DNA of 64,000 bases. Origin: Nostoc sp. (GTDB lineage Bacteria > Cyanobacteriota > Cyanobacteriia > Cyanobacteriales > Nostocaceae). Positions 39,406-50,984 of this stretch are shown piece by piece. The stretch lies in assembly GCA_036918135.1 (NCBI GenBank), contig JBALDB010000031.1, positions 32,001 to 96,000 of the forward strand, written 5' to 3'. Made by a program: the position numbers and the translations under genes. How positions within the stretch are numbered: position 1 is the first letter of the stretch; each line of letters begins with the position of its first letter. The notes under the pieces are model-generated. The model made no database searches. It was given only the letters and a program-made list of their open reading frames with translations, and was not told the DNA's origin.

Positions 39406-40713
39406 CTAATAAATGAACTGGCTAACGACTTTTTGCAAATCTACTGCCATGCGAGATAATTCTGTAGCTGCCTGTAACGTATTACTAGTTCCAGTTGTTG
39501 TATTTTGAGTATTTAATGCCACAACGGCGATATTTTTGGCAATATCAGATGTTCCTTTGGCTGCTTCACCGATATTGCGGCTAATTTCATTCGTAGTTGC
39601 TGTTTGTTCTTCAATAGCGCTTGCGATCGTGCTTTGAAAGTCGTTGATTTGATTGATAATATCAGTAATCTGAGTAATGGCTTGAACGGCAGCTGTTGTA
39701 TCTGTCTGAATTGCTTCAATGCGCTGGCTAATATCTTCAGTGGCATTTGCTGTTTGTTTGGCTAATTCTTTCACCTCGTTTGCGACTACAGCAAATCCTC
39801 TACCTGCATCTCCGGCTCTTGCTGCCTCAATTGTGGCATTGAGCGCCAGCAAGTTTGTTTGCCCAGCGATCGCGGTAATAACTTTAATTACTTTACCAAT
39901 TTCGATACTGCTTTGACCAAGTTTATTGATTGTTTGATTCGCGCGATCGGCGGTTTTAACTGCTTGATTGGCGACTTTTGCCCCTTCGATCGTGGTCTTA
40001 GCAATTTCTTGAATGCTGGCATTCATCTGTTCTACGGCAGTCACAATTGTACTGCTATTCTGGCTCACCTGTTCGGCAGAGGCAGATGCAAAGATTGCCT
40101 GTTGAGCGGTTTCTTCGGCGTTTTGAGTCATTTGTTTGCTGACTGCGGTCAATTCTTCTGATGAAGACGCAACTGCTGTCGCCACCTCTGCCATCTGTCT
40201 GATTGAAGACCTCAAGCTACTAATCATCTGATTGGCATTATCTGTGACCTGCTTAAATTCTCCAGCATTGCGTTGCTGAATTTGTTTGGATAAATCTCCT
40301 TGAGCTACCACAACCGTGACTTCATTAATACTTTTTATTTGCTCTGTTAAGTTTGTAGACATTTGGTTAAAGTTATCCACTAATTCTCGCCAACTCCCCT
40401 GCGCTCCTTTAACGATGGCTTGAGAACCGAGCTTCCCTTCAGTACCAATCTCGAATGTTAAGCGAGAAATTTCTTGAGCAAAGTTTTGGTTTATACTTAC
40501 CAATTCATTAAAAACCAAAACAATTTCACTCAGTTCATTATTTTCCACGGGTAAACGGACGCTAAAATCACCATTTTTTGCGGCTTTGAGTGCTGATAGT
40601 AACGCTTGCAGTTGCTCTTTTGTTACACTCTCATCGTTCGGCGAAGTTAGACTATTCTCCAAAGGAGATTTAGAGTTGGCTGTTTTTGCAGCCCGATTTG
40701 TAGTCATTGCCAA
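39406..40713 (-). CDS. Cytoplasmic methyl-accepting chemotaxis protein with tandem HAMP domains
   Basis: Signalling hairpin [35 protein letters not shown]-terminal HAMP repeats and no TM segment. Confidence 0.93.
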   Translation of the reverse strand: MAMTTNRAAKTANSKSPLENSLTSPNDESVTKEQLQALLSALKAAKNGDFSVRLPVENNELSEIVLVFNELVSINQNFAQEISRLTFEIGTEGKLGSQAIVKGAQGSWRELVDNFNQMSTNLTEQIKSINEVTVVVAQGDLSKQIQQRNAGEFKQVTDNANQMISSLRSSIRQMAEVATAVASSSEELTAVSKQMTQNAEETAQQAIFASASAEQVSQNSSTIVTAVEQMNASIQEIAKTTIEGAKVANQAVKTADRANQTINKLGQSSIEIGKVIKVITAIAGQTNLLALNATIEAARAGDAGRGFAVVANEVKELAKQTANATEDISQRIEAIQTDTTAAVQAITQITDIINQINDFQSTIASAIEEQTATTNEISRNIGEAAKGTSDIAKNIAVVALNTQNTTTGTSNTLQAATELSRMAVDLQKVVSQFIY

Positions 40714-40724
40714 GCGCTCCTCAA

Positions 40725-41192
40725 TTACTCAGTAAGCTGATTTATCAAATTAACATTTAGAATTTTTTCAGCATCTAAAACTAGCACAAATCCATCTGGG
40801 AGAGGATAAGCTCCTGCTAGCATCGAAAGCATTTTACCTTTTAAGGTTGCAGGTGGGGGTTGAAACGTGTTCTGTGGGAACTCTAAGACATCACCAATAT
40901 TATCCACGAGCAGACTGACTACTTCATCGTCAGAACGGACAATGATATTAAATCCCTGTGGCTGCTCTACAAATTTTATATTTGATTGTGTCTGCGGCTC
41001 GCTCATTTCTAATCGGCGTTGCAAATCGATTACAGTAATAATTTGTCCGCGTAAATTAATCAAGCCGCAGATATCTGGTGGAGCTAAAGGTATACGAGTT
41101 ATTGCTTGGGGGCGAATCACTTCTTGAACCTGTAGCACGTTAATACCAAAATAAACTCCTTTAAGAAAAAATGTGCAAAGTTGTTCACTCAT
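40725..41192 (-). CDS. cheW: Chemotaxis adaptor
   Basis: VQEVI...[15 protein letters not shown]...LLVDNIGDV. Confidence 0.93.
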   Translation of the reverse strand: MSEQLCTFFLKGVYFGINVLQVQEVIRPQAITRIPLAPPDICGLINLRGQIITVIDLQRRLEMSEPQTQSNIKFVEQPQGFNIIVRSDDEVVSLLVDNIGDVLEFPQNTFQPPPATLKGKMLSMLAGAYPLPDGFVLVLDAEKILNVNLINQLTE

Positions 41193-43380
41193 TAGTTATT
41201 AATTGCAGTAAATGAGGGTTAGCAATGCGAATTACAGCTTCAATATCAAGGATTTCTGTAATTTGACCCTGAAATACAGCGCATAAAAGTACACCCGGTC
41301 TACTAGGAACACCTGTAATTGTCACTGGTTCTTCCACAATGTCAACAATCCGCTCAACCACTAGTCCAACAGTCAGTTCTGAGGAGGGGGAGACAATCAC
41401 TATTTGCAGGGTATGTGCCACACTTGCCTGAATCAGCTCCTTAAGGTGATTGTGATGATTATCGGAAAATACTTCGTAGAGGTCAATTAGTGGCAAAATT
41501 TTGCCGTAAGACTGTACGACATACTGATTACCCACTTTCTCTACCGCAGAAGATAGAATCTCTTGGAGCCGAAAAGCAATTGTCAGGGGAATACCCATGC
41601 GAGCGCCTTCCGGCCCCTCAAATAATAATATTGTTTGACGAGGGATAACTTGGTCTTGGTCTTTTGTAGCGTTTTCAAGTAATAACTGCTGCTTTTTGGC
41701 GGTTACACCAGATCGGTTTGCCAGACCAACAACATCAATAATTAATGTAACTGTGCCATCCCCTAAAATAGTGGCTCCAGCAAATAAAGATAGCGCCTTT
41801 AACTGTTTTCCCAAAGGTTTTACCACAATGTCTTGGATGTCTTCAATTGTGTCTACAACCAAGCCAAATTGATAGTTATCGACTTGCAAAATTACCAGAC
41901 TGAGCATTTCTAAGTTGGTAAAACTATTAGAAATTTGCAATACTCGATCGAAATAAACCAATGGCACCAGAGTCTCACGCAAGCGGTACACAGGTACATC
42001 GTAAAACATCTCAATCCGATGAATTGCTTGTGCTTCTAAGCGTACTAGCTCTTGGATACTTGCTTGAGGAATAGCATAGCGATCGCTGCCACTGGTGACA
42101 ATTAATGCTGGCATAATCGCTAAGGTCAGGGGAATCTTAATTTTGAATGTCGTTCCTTGTCCTTGCTGGCTATTAATTTCAATCGTGCCGTTAATTTTCT
42201 CAATATTGCTCTTGACAACATCCATCCCGACTCCACGCCCAGAAAGCTTTGTCACCTGTGCTGAAGAAGAAAAGCCGGGTAAGAAAATTAAGTTTATCGC
42301 TTCTGACTCACTCATGGACGCGGCTTGTACGGCGCTCGCTAAACCAAGTTGCTGCGCTCGTCCTTTAAGTTTTTCGACATCGATTCCCCGTCCATCATCG
42401 CCAATTTCAATATTGACTTTGCCGCTCTGGTGAAAAGCTTTGAGAAATAACCGTCCCACAGTTGGCTTTCCACAAGCTATCCGCTCAGCTGGTGACTCAA
42501 TGCCATGAGCTATACAGTTGCGTACCAAGTGAGTCAAGGGGTCTTTAATAGCTTCAATAATACTTTTATCTAGTTCGGTATCTACTCCCTCCATGTCAAG
42601 CTTCACTTGTTTACCAGAAGCGATCGCCAAATCTCGCGTCACGCGAGGAAACTTTTGCCAAATGGTATTAATTGATTGCAGCCGAGTTTTCACAATCTCT
42701 TCCTGCAACTGGGATGTTAAAAGACTTAGGTGTTGGCAAGTGGCAATAAAGCTACTATCCTTAAATTTTGTACTCAAGGCGATCGCCTGATTACGGGTTA
42801 AAACGAGTTCGCCCACCAGATTCATCACCCGATCTAGTAGGTTAACATTGACTCGGATAAAAGTAGATTCCGATGCTGTCAGGGTTGAGACTTCCGGGAA
42901 TTCGCAATCGAAATCGACTTCACTATTTGTAGTATCTAAATTCGGTTGTGAGGCTTGCGTATTCACCGCAGATGCAAGCGTTGGCTGCTCGGCTGACTGT
43001 AATTGAGTTAAAGTTTTAATCAGCGCTGAATAATCGCGATCGCCCTCATACTTAGTCGCTTCAATTTGGGACAGAATCTCTCGAACGCTGTCAAGTAATT
43101 GCAGTAGCGCGTTAACGATGGCGGGGGTAATTGCTAACTGACCACTGCGTAAAGATGAGAGCAAATTCTCCCCTGCATGAGCAAGTGATTCTAATTTAGG
43201 AAATGGTAAAAAGCCGCAGTTTCCTTTAATTGTATGGAGTGAGCGATAAATCCGAACTAACGCTTCTTTTTGTGCTGATACTTTTTCTAGTTCGAGAATA
43301 TCTTGTTCAATTTGATTCAAATTTTCATAGCTTTCAATCAGGAATGCTTCTATATCATCGTTAATTTCAGTTAACTCCAT
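41185..43380 (-). CDS. cheA: Chemotaxis histidine kinase (HPt, dimerisation, HATPase and two CheW-like domains)
   Basis: RSLHTIKG, HLVRN, DDGRGID and SGRGVGMDVV motifs; a second CheW-like domain at the C-terminus. Confidence 0.95.
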   Translation of the reverse strand: MELTEINDDIEAFLIESYENLNQIEQDILELEKVSAQKEALVRIYRSLHTIKGNCGFLPFPKLESLAHAGENLLSSLRSGQLAITPAIVNALLQLLDSVREILSQIEATKYEGDRDYSALIKTLTQLQSAEQPTLASAVNTQASQPNLDTTNSEVDFDCEFPEVSTLTASESTFIRVNVNLLDRVMNLVGELVLTRNQAIALSTKFKDSSFIATCQHLSLLTSQLQEEIVKTRLQSINTIWQKFPRVTRDLAIASGKQVKLDMEGVDTELDKSIIEAIKDPLTHLVRNCIAHGIESPAERIACGKPTVGRLFLKAFHQSGKVNIEIGDDGRGIDVEKLKGRAQQLGLASAVQAASMSESEAINLIFLPGFSSSAQVTKLSGRGVGMDVVKSNIEKINGTIEINSQQGQGTTFKIKIPLTLAIMPALIVTSGSDRYAIPQASIQELVRLEAQAIHRIEMFYDVPVYRLRETLVPLVYFDRVLQISNSFTNLEMLSLVILQVDNYQFGLVVDTIEDIQDIVVKPLGKQLKALSLFAGATILGDGTVTLIIDVVGLANRSGVTAKKQQLLLENATKDQDQVIPRQTILLFEGPEGARMGIPLTIAFRLQEILSSAVEKVGNQYVVQSYGKILPLIDLYEVFSDNHHNHLKELIQASVAHTLQIVIVSPSSELTVGLVVERIVDIVEEPVTITGVPSRPGVLLCAVFQGQITEILDIEAVIRIANPHLLQLITNE

Positions 43381-43963
43381 TGCCTTATCGGTTAAAAATT
43401 ATATTTTTTGTCTTCGTGTTAATTTAATTTTTTTATTTCACCAATCTACTAATTTTAGATAATATTTAGATTTTTGATGCTCAAAAGATAATGTTATTGT
43501 AATGCTAAAATAATCAATATGCAATGTCCTCGTTGGTATGCAACTCCTACTTTCAAGAATGGTTTTCCTTAATGCAAACAATGTTACAAATGTAAACAAG
43601 GCGATCGTCAGTTCCTCGAATATTATTGACTTTAATGCTACTCAACCAATGTCAAGCAATTATGTCTCAAGATGTATGTAAAAGGTATGAGTTTGGCAAA
43701 AATCGAGGGAGTAATAGATAGACCACGCTATAATTTTGCATTGACTTGGTCTAGCTAGGATTGATTTAGATGAAATTTAAAATACTTAATTGTTTTTATC
43801 TATACTATATATTATTTAACGTCCGGCAAGAAATTATTTATTAAATATTTTTAAATTGATAAACGAGATGAAATTATTTTAGAGTAAAAATGTCATTTGA
43901 TTAAATATATTATCTGACTGACATTAATCAACAATTCTTGACCTAAAACATCAAAGGGTACAG

Positions 43964-44332
43964 ATGACAACATTGGTTTTGATTATTGACGATGCAGCCT
44001 TTTCTCGCAGAATGATCCGAAAATTTCTGCAAGTAGATGGTTACGAATTTCTAGAAGCAACTAATGGGCGTGAGGGATTAGAATTAGTTCAGAAGCACAA
44101 GCCAAATTGTGTGTTAGTCGATCTACTCATGCCAGAGATGAATGGGTTTGAATTTCTCCAGGCTCTACAAGATGAAGAATTAAAAATTCCCACAATTATC
44201 ATCTCAGCTGATATCCAAGAAGGGGCACGCAATCAAAGTTATAGTCTGGGGGCAGCTAACTTTATTAATAAACCACCAAAAGAAAATGAATTGCGAACAG
44301 CAGTCCAGCAAGTTGTTAATACTAAGGAATAA
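43964..44332 (+). CDS. Single-domain CheY-like response regulator
   Basis: IIDD...DLLMPEMNG...ISAD...KPP in 122 aa. Confidence 0.9.
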   Translation: MTTLVLIIDDAAFSRRMIRKFLQVDGYEFLEATNGREGLELVQKHKPNCVLVDLLMPEMNGFEFLQALQDEELKIPTIIISADIQEGARNQSYSLGAANFINKPPKENELRTAVQQVVNTKE

Positions 44333-44338
44333 GTTTAG

Positions 44339-44944
44339 ATGAATGTAACAACAGAACAACTTGATGCGCTGCAAGAGTTGATTAATATTGGAGTTGGTCG
44401 AGCAGCAAGTCTACTAAATGAGATGATAGATTCTCATATCGGTCTGAAAATTCCATTTGTGAAAGTATTAACTGCCACTGAAGCTTATCAGGAATTAGCT
44501 ACACGATTTCATGATGATAGCTTGGCATCAGTAAGACTAGGCTTTACAGGCTCTTTTTCTGGTGGTGCTGGTTTAATTTTTCCTACTGAGAGTGCATCAA
44601 CACTAGTTGCAGTGCTTACAGGTGAAGAACCAGGATCGCCCGATCTAGATGCGGTAAAAATTGGCACTTTGAGCGAGATTGGTAACATTGTAATTAATGG
44701 AGTAATGGGTTCGCTCAGTAATGTACTCAAACAGCATCTTAACTATACAATACCTGTTTACTTAGAAGATACAATTGAAAACTTGTTATTATCTACGTAT
44801 GAAAGCGATTCTAAAATCTTGCTGGCACAAGCTCGATTTATCATTGAACAATTAGAAATTATCGGAGATATTATTTTAATATTTCATGTCGGCACCTTTG
44901 ATGCACTAATCGATGCAATTAATCAGGAAATGGCAGTAATGTAA
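44339..44944 (+). CDS. cheC: CheC-family phosphatase
   Basis: Two ExxN motifs: DALQELINIGVGRAA and LSEIGNIVING. Confidence 0.88.
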   Translation: MNVTTEQLDALQELINIGVGRAASLLNEMIDSHIGLKIPFVKVLTATEAYQELATRFHDDSLASVRLGFTGSFSGGAGLIFPTESASTLVAVLTGEEPGSPDLDAVKIGTLSEIGNIVINGVMGSLSNVLKQHLNYTIPVYLEDTIENLLLSTYESDSKILLAQARFIIEQLEIIGDIILIFHVGTFDALIDAINQEMAVM

Positions 44945-44998
44945 TAAATATATTATAAATGGACTGGATAAAAATATTGAAACAATCTGTTCAAACTA

Positions 44999-46615
44999 AT
45001 GAATATTATAGAACAAGCTAATGAACAATTTAAACTTTTAGATAAAATTCCTATAGGAGCTTTTGTTATCCAGTCAGATTACAGTGTCATATTTTGGAAC
45101 TGCTGTTTAGAGGAATGGACAAAAATTTCTAGGAGTAAAATTTTAGGAAATTCTATTTATGAATATTTTCCTCATCTGAATCACCCTCGTTATACTAGTC
45201 GCTTAGATCAAGTTTTTCAAGGTGGGCCTCCGGCAATTTTTTCTTCTCAATTGCATCAATATGTTATTCCTGTAGCGCTATCTCCAAACAAATATCGCAT
45301 TCAGCACACAACCGTAACTGCTGTGTCTGCATTCGAGGAAAATAAGTTTTATGCCCTTTTTTCAATTGAGGATTTCACAGATTTAACTTTTCGAGTCCAA
45401 GAATATAAAAACTTACGAGACCAAGCATTAGCAATAGCCCAAGAGCGGCAGAAAGCGCAACAAGCAGCTGAGGTAGCAAACCGGATCAAAGATGAATTTT
45501 TGGCAATTGTTTCTCACGAACTTCGTTCTCCTCTTAATCCAATTTTGGGTTGGGCAAAGCTACTGAAAAACCGCTCATTAAACGAAGCTACTACTGCGCG
45601 TGCCATTGACACAATCGAGCGCAATGCTGTACTACAGGCTCAGTTGATTGAAGACCTATTGGATATCTCGCGCATTCTCCGAGGCAAACTAGCACTTAAT
45701 TTAGAAACCGTTAATCTTGCTTTTACTATTGAAGCTGCGTTAGAGACAGTGCAATTGGCAGCAGAAGCAAAGTCTATTCAAATAAATCTTCATCTAGATC
45801 TAGGAATTGGACAAGTTAGAGGTGATAGTAGTCGTCTTCAACAAGTTGTTTGGAATTTACTCTCTAACGCCATTAAATTTACACCATCCGGTGGACAAGT
45901 TGATGTCTATTTAGAGCAAACAGATTCTCAGATACAACTGAGAGTCTGCGATACAGGTAAAGGTATTAATCCTGATTTTCTGCCACATGTGTTCGAGTAT
46001 TTCCGTCAGGCAGATAGTAGCACAAGCCGAAGTTCAGGCGGATTAGGACTTGGTTTAGCGATTGTGCGTCAACTTGTGGAGTTACATGGCGGTAGAGTTT
46101 GGGCACAAAGCCCAGGTGAAGGGCAAGGCGCGACATTTACAGTTTCTCTACCAGTGATGCAGCAGAGCGTGGAATTAAAAATGGAAGATCGGAGCATAGC
46201 TGACGATTCCTATCCATTGGGTATGCTTTATGCTCCACTACAAGGGGTACGCTTGTTAGTTGTGGATGATGATGCTGATACGCGGGAGTTTGTTACTTTT
46301 TTATTAGAAGAGCAAGGAGCGATCGTCACCAGTGCAGCATCCGCGGGCGAAGCACTCTCTTTAATAGTACAGTCAAAACCAGATCTGCTGTTGAGCGATC
46401 TGGGTATGCCAAAAGTTGATGGCTACACTTTGATTAAAAAATTACGATCGCTGCCTGCTCATCAGGGCGGACAGATTCCGGCGATCGCCCTAACTGCTTA
46501 CGCCGCAGAAACTACCCAAAAACAGGTTTTAACAGCTGGATTTCAACTCCATATCACTAAACCAGTTGACCCGGCAAAACTAGTGGCTGCAATTGCAGCA
46601 CTTGTTCAGACTTGA
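44999..46615 (+). CDS. PAS hybrid histidine kinase with C-terminal receiver domain
   Basis: PAS-like N-terminus, SHELRSPL, NLLSNAIKFT, GGLGLGL and REC motifs VDDD...SDLGMP...TKP. Confidence 0.92.
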   Translation: MNIIEQANEQFKLLDKIPIGAFVIQSDYSVIFWNCCLEEWTKISRSKILGNSIYEYFPHLNHPRYTSRLDQVFQGGPPAIFSSQLHQYVIPVALSPNKYRIQHTTVTAVSAFEENKFYALFSIEDFTDLTFRVQEYKNLRDQALAIAQERQKAQQAAEVANRIKDEFLAIVSHELRSPLNPILGWAKLLKNRSLNEATTARAIDTIERNAVLQAQLIEDLLDISRILRGKLALNLETVNLAFTIEAALETVQLAAEAKSIQINLHLDLGIGQVRGDSSRLQQVVWNLLSNAIKFTPSGGQVDVYLEQTDSQIQLRVCDTGKGINPDFLPHVFEYFRQADSSTSRSSGGLGLGLAIVRQLVELHGGRVWAQSPGEGQGATFTVSLPVMQQSVELKMEDRSIADDSYPLGMLYAPLQGVRLLVVDDDADTREFVTFLLEEQGAIVTSAASAGEALSLIVQSKPDLLLSDLGMPKVDGYTLIKKLRSLPAHQGGQIPAIALTAYAAETTQKQVLTAGFQLHITKPVDPAKLVAAIAALVQT

Positions 46616-46707
46616 CTTGTTAAGGGAACTCCAACAAATAAATTATCTTGTTTGAAGTTGATGACTGATGAGCGATGACTGTGAACAGTGAGATATTTTT
46701 TTATTCA

Positions 46708-46781
46708 TAGCCGTAGTCATACAGGTTAGGACATAGTAACAAGCGTAAATGTCAGGAAGCAGTAATATTTTTGCCTCCTGC
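46708..46781. repeat. Dispersed repeat similar to 30398-30478
   Basis: See the alignment given for 30398-30478. Confidence 0.55.
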
Positions 46782-46909
46782 TATATTGTTAATAAAAAAA
46801 ACGGAGCAACTCTGGAAAATACCAGAATCACCCCGAATTTTTTAACTTAGAGTAAGGAATTGTTCTTAAGTTCTAACTCCTAACTTCTAATTCCTAACTT
46901 GTGATTTAA

Positions 46910-48751
46910 TTAAGCAAACGCAGCAGTTTTCACATCGTTATTTGCAAGAATTTCTTGTAATTCTTCGGCATCTACTGTTTCTTTATCAACCAACATTTGC
47001 GCTAATTGATCTAAAATCTTGCGGTTGCCTACTAACACTTCTTTAGCGCGGGTATAAGCTACATCCACAAGTTTGCGGACTTCTTCATCAATGGCAGCAG
47101 CGGTTTCTTCAGAAAAATCACGCTCTGACATGATATCTCGTCCCAGGAACATGTTACCTTGTTGACGACCGAGGGCGACTGGGCCAAGTTTATCGCTCAT
47201 GCCAAATCGGGTAATCATTTGACGAGCAACACGGGCTACTTGTTGCAAGTCGTTGGAAGCACCAGTGGTAACTTCTTCTTCACCAAAGATTAATTCTTCG
47301 GCGAGGCGACCACCCAAAGCCACAGCCATCTGATTTTCTAGATAAGCGCGGCTGTACAAACCAGTGTCCATGCGGTCTTCACTGGGAGTAAACCAAGTTA
47401 AACCACCCGCACGACCACGAGGAATGATGCTAATTTTTTGTACAGGGTCATAGTCGGGCATTAAAGCACCAACTAAGGCGTGACCGGCTTCGTGATATGC
47501 TACCAAGGTTTTGCGCTTTTCGCTCATTACCCGGTCTTTCTTCTCTGGGCCAGCTAATACGCGGTCGATCGCATCGTTGATTTCATCCATTGAAATCTCA
47601 GTTAAATTCCGCCGTGCTGCCAAAATTGCGGCTTCATTCAACAAGTTAGATAAATCTGCACCGGTAAATCCAGGGGTACGACGGGCGATTTTATCTAAAT
47701 CCACATCTTTCGCCAAGGTCTTGCCACGGGCATGTACCTTGAGGATTTCGCTGCGTCCAGAATAGTCGGGACGGTCTACTACCACTTGACGGTCAAAGCG
47801 ACCCGGACGCAACAGTGCTGCATCTAGAACGTCGGGACGGTTAGTAGCAGCGATAATGATTATACCGGTGTTACCTTCAAAGCCGTCCATTTCTGTGAGC
47901 AGCTGGTTGAGGGTTTGTTCGCGTTCATCGTTTCCACCACCTAAACCTGCACCCCGTTGACGACCTACGGCGTCAATTTCATCGATGAAGACGATACAAG
48001 GAGCATTGGATTTGGCTTGTTCAAATAAGTCGCGGACGCGGGATGCACCTACACCCACGAACATTTCGACAAATTCCGAACCGGAGATTGAGAAGAAAGG
48101 TACACCCGCTTCACCAGCTACGGCACGAGCCAGGAGGGTTTTACCTGTACCAGGAGGGCCAACTAACAGCACACCTTTAGGAATTTTTGCACCAACAGCG
48201 GTAAAGCGATCGGCGTTTTTGAGAAAGTCTACGACTTCGTTTAATTCCAACTTGGCTTGGTCAATACCAGCGACATCACCAAATGTTACCTGAGTTTGGG
48301 GTTCCATTTGCACTCTGGCTTTAGATTTGCCAAAGTTCATGGCTTGGCTACCGGGGCCACTTTGAGCGCGACGTAGCAACAAGAATAAGCCAACCAAAAG
48401 CAATACAGGAAAAAATAAGCTGCTGAGTGCCTTAAACCAAAATCCTTCATCGGTTTGCGGCAAAACAGAAATATCAACGCCTTTTGATGTCAGAGTATTA
48501 ATTAATTCTGGGTCGTTAACTAGGGTTACCACCCGTTTATTTTGGTCATATTTAGGTGTAACCAGTGCCCTAGAACGGTCTGCACTCAAACTGACTTTTT
48601 CTACTCTGCCTTGTTCAACTTCTTGAATAAACTTACTGTATCGCCATGTCTCTGTACTTTGGGGTTGTTTGTCAAAAAATGCTGTCCCCAGGGCAATGAC
48701 AACAATAAATAGCAGCGCGTACAGCCCTGCGTTTCTCCATCTTTTATTCAC
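46910..48751 (-). CDS. ftsH: ATP-dependent zinc metalloprotease FtsH (FtsH3-like)
   Basis: Two TM helices, Walker A GPPGTGKT, Walker B FIDEID, SRH and HEAGH. The N-terminus [11 protein letters not shown] resembles cyanobacterial FtsH3. Confidence 0.97.
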   Translation of the reverse strand: MNKRWRNAGLYALLFIVVIALGTAFFDKQPQSTETWRYSKFIQEVEQGRVEKVSLSADRSRALVTPKYDQNKRVVTLVNDPELINTLTSKGVDISVLPQTDEGFWFKALSSLFFPVLLLVGLFLLLRRAQSGPGSQAMNFGKSKARVQMEPQTQVTFGDVAGIDQAKLELNEVVDFLKNADRFTAVGAKIPKGVLLVGPPGTGKTLLARAVAGEAGVPFFSISGSEFVEMFVGVGASRVRDLFEQAKSNAPCIVFIDEIDAVGRQRGAGLGGGNDEREQTLNQLLTEMDGFEGNTGIIIIAATNRPDVLDAALLRPGRFDRQVVVDRPDYSGRSEILKVHARGKTLAKDVDLDKIARRTPGFTGADLSNLLNEAAILAARRNLTEISMDEINDAIDRVLAGPEKKDRVMSEKRKTLVAYHEAGHALVGALMPDYDPVQKISIIPRGRAGGLTWFTPSEDRMDTGLYSRAYLENQMAVALGGRLAEELIFGEEEVTTGASNDLQQVARVARQMITRFGMSDKLGPVALGRQQGNMFLGRDIMSERDFSEETAAAIDEEVRKLVDVAYTRAKEVLVGNRKILDQLAQMLVDKETVDAEELQEILANNDVKTAAFA

Positions 48752-48867
48752 TAAGGTCTATCCTCCTGTATTTTTTGCGCCATCGCGTAGCGTCTGTGAG
48801 CGGAGAGTCATTATTAAGAATTATGTTAACTTATTTTAAGATATAACAAAACGACATGACTGTGATG

Positions 48868-49674
48868 CTAAAAAAGCCCCCTTATTTGCTGAAAATTAGG
48901 ATGGTGAGGATTATATTGTAGCGATCCTGTTGGCTGATAAACGGTATGAATGGGGATCATCTCTACCACACTATTAGTGTAGGCGATCGCTTCAAATCTT
49001 TCGACTAGCTCTGGACTCCAAGGTGCTTCCTGCATGGGCTGTTGCTGGTTTTGCAACCAATTTACAAGTTGCGATTGCAAAATTCCCGGCAAAATTCCGG
49101 CCTTTATTGGCGGTGTCCACCAACTACTATCACACCACCCCAAGAGGTTACCTGTAGTAGTTTCTAACCAATTTCCAATAGTATCCACTAATATTGCTTC
49201 TTGAGCGTCGGAGCTAGTTTTTGCTAACCAAGCACTCAGGTAATTTCCAGTTTTATGAGAAGGAAGAGAACGAAAAAATTCTGAACTAGCAACGGCGCAT
49301 GATACACCATTCTTTTGTTTTTCTGTCAAATCTGGTGGTAAGAATCTGCCAGTTATCCACTCTCGTCCATCAGGAAATAGGGTAATTCTGAGAACGGGAA
49401 ACTGTGGGAGGAGAACTTGGGCACCTTGGCGGACACGCTTCCAATCAGGTTGTTGCCAACCAAAAGATTGGATTGAGAAAAGTAGGCGATCGCAATGTGC
49501 TTGCCAATTGGTTAAATTATTATCTAAGGAGTTCTGATAAACTCTTAGCGTTGTAAAAACAGTCGCTCCATAAAGTAAACCCGGATCGTTAATGTTTAAT
49601 TCCAGAATTTGCGAGTGAATTAATTTACCGTCATACCAAAAAATGTCATTTTTCTCACTCATTTTACTTATCAC
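48868..49674 (-). CDS. Class IV aminotransferase / aminodeoxychorismate-lyase-like protein
   Basis: YGATVFTTLR, HKTGNY, ETTTGN and ILPGI motifs. Confidence 0.85.
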   Translation of the reverse strand: MISKMSEKNDIFWYDGKLIHSQILELNINDPGLLYGATVFTTLRVYQNSLDNNLTNWQAHCDRLLFSIQSFGWQQPDWKRVRQGAQVLLPQFPVLRITLFPDGREWITGRFLPPDLTEKQKNGVSCAVASSEFFRSLPSHKTGNYLSAWLAKTSSDAQEAILVDTIGNWLETTTGNLLGWCDSSWWTPPIKAGILPGILQSQLVNWLQNQQQPMQEAPWSPELVERFEAIAYTNSVVEMIPIHTVYQPTGSLQYNPHHPNFQQIRGLF

Positions 49675-50093
49675 TACAACTCTATTGAAAAGTGATGACT
49701 TCTAATGCTCATGCGCTGCATGAGATAAAATCTGTGAGCTGCAAATCGCTGAACACCAGAATCAAGACTCAACTGTTGGCAGGAGTTATTTCTTGCATAT
49801 TCAACTAGCCACTGAAATAACTGTTGACCATAGTTCTGTGACCGCTTCAATTCATCGACAACTAAATCATCAATATATAAAAATTTACCCGATGCTAAAC
49901 ATGTATAAATACGAAATCCAGCAACTGCGACAGTTCGCTCGTCTATTTCCAAGAATGCAATTTTATATCCTTCTTTCATCTGATATCGAATTTGTTCTAT
50001 AAACTTAGCCTGCTCAAGGTGAGGGCGCAACTGAGACATAACAGAAAAACACCCTAATATTTGAAAATCAGATTCTGCTAATTGTATCGACAC
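49674..50093 (-). CDS. GNAT-family acetyltransferase
   Basis: YIDDLVVDELKRSQNYG and LDSGVQRFAAHRFY. Confidence 0.88.
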   Translation of the reverse strand: MSIQLAESDFQILGCFSVMSQLRPHLEQAKFIEQIRYQMKEGYKIAFLEIDERTVAVAGFRIYTCLASGKFLYIDDLVVDELKRSQNYGQQLFQWLVEYARNNSCQQLSLDSGVQRFAAHRFYLMQRMSIRSHHFSIEL

Positions 50094-50198
50094 CGCTATT
50101 GCCCTTAAAGATATTATGTATTTTCTTTATCAGCTACGATAGCTTCGGAATTTTACAATAGTTTATTTCTCTTGCAACAAATCGCTATTAAGAATAAT

Positions 50199-50984
50199 TT
50201 AATCTTTTGGGGGAAATGCAATTTTATAATTTCCTTCAGGAGTTTTAATTATTTTTCCCCCTAAAGCTTCGATTTCACCAATTGCACGTTTGCGAGTTTT
50301 TTCATCAACTTGATTATTTAGTACTATTGCCCATGTAGCAATTTGAGCATATTTACTATTAGGATTTCGACTGAGAAATTCAGCAGTTCTTTGAGAACTA
50401 GCAGCTACAAACTGACTTTCTTCATCTGAAAAATTTTTTGCCCAATTTGCTGCTGTTGCAAAAGATTGTTCGGCAGCTTTAGGATTGCCTAAAAATAACA
50501 ACTCATCAGTTCCTTTATAACGCCAAATGTAATAAGACTTTTCTGGAACCCAAGGAGACAGCGATTTTAAGCCTTTTTCTGACAACGCGATCGCCCGTTC
50601 CGGCATGGCAGCGTACAATGAAGTACTAATCGAAAGACCTCGATAGGCTGCTAAAAATCGGGGATCGCGTTCTAGAATTACTTCAAAATATTCTGGACTT
50701 AAACTATAACCTGTTTTATCCCGGACTTCATCATCTCCGAAATATTGTAAAAAACTGAGATATACCAAATCTGCAACAAAATTATCATAACTAAAACTAG
50801 GCATTTTCTTAAGAAAATTAAGACGGATATTTTCTTTTTTAATATCTTTATTTAGAGTTTCTAAAGAGGCAGTTTGTTTGCTAATTAGCAGTTTTTGCAG
50901 TCGAGAAAATTGAAGTAAGCTAACTCCTAAGATACATACACAAGCTACTAAAGATGTAGCAAAAGCTTGACGAGATAACAACAT
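50199..50984 (-). CDS. Membrane-anchored helical (TPR-like) hypothetical protein
   Basis: N-terminal hydrophobic segment; FLQYFGD...YFEVILERDPRF. Confidence 0.7.
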   Translation of the reverse strand: MLLSRQAFATSLVACVCILGVSLLQFSRLQKLLISKQTASLETLNKDIKKENIRLNFLKKMPSFSYDNFVADLVYLSFLQYFGDDEVRDKTGYSLSPEYFEVILERDPRFLAAYRGLSISTSLYAAMPERAIALSEKGLKSLSPWVPEKSYYIWRYKGTDELLFLGNPKAAEQSFATAANWAKNFSDEESQFVAASSQRTAEFLSRNPNSKYAQIATWAIVLNNQVDEKTRKRAIGEIEALGGKIIKTPEGNYKIAFPPKD

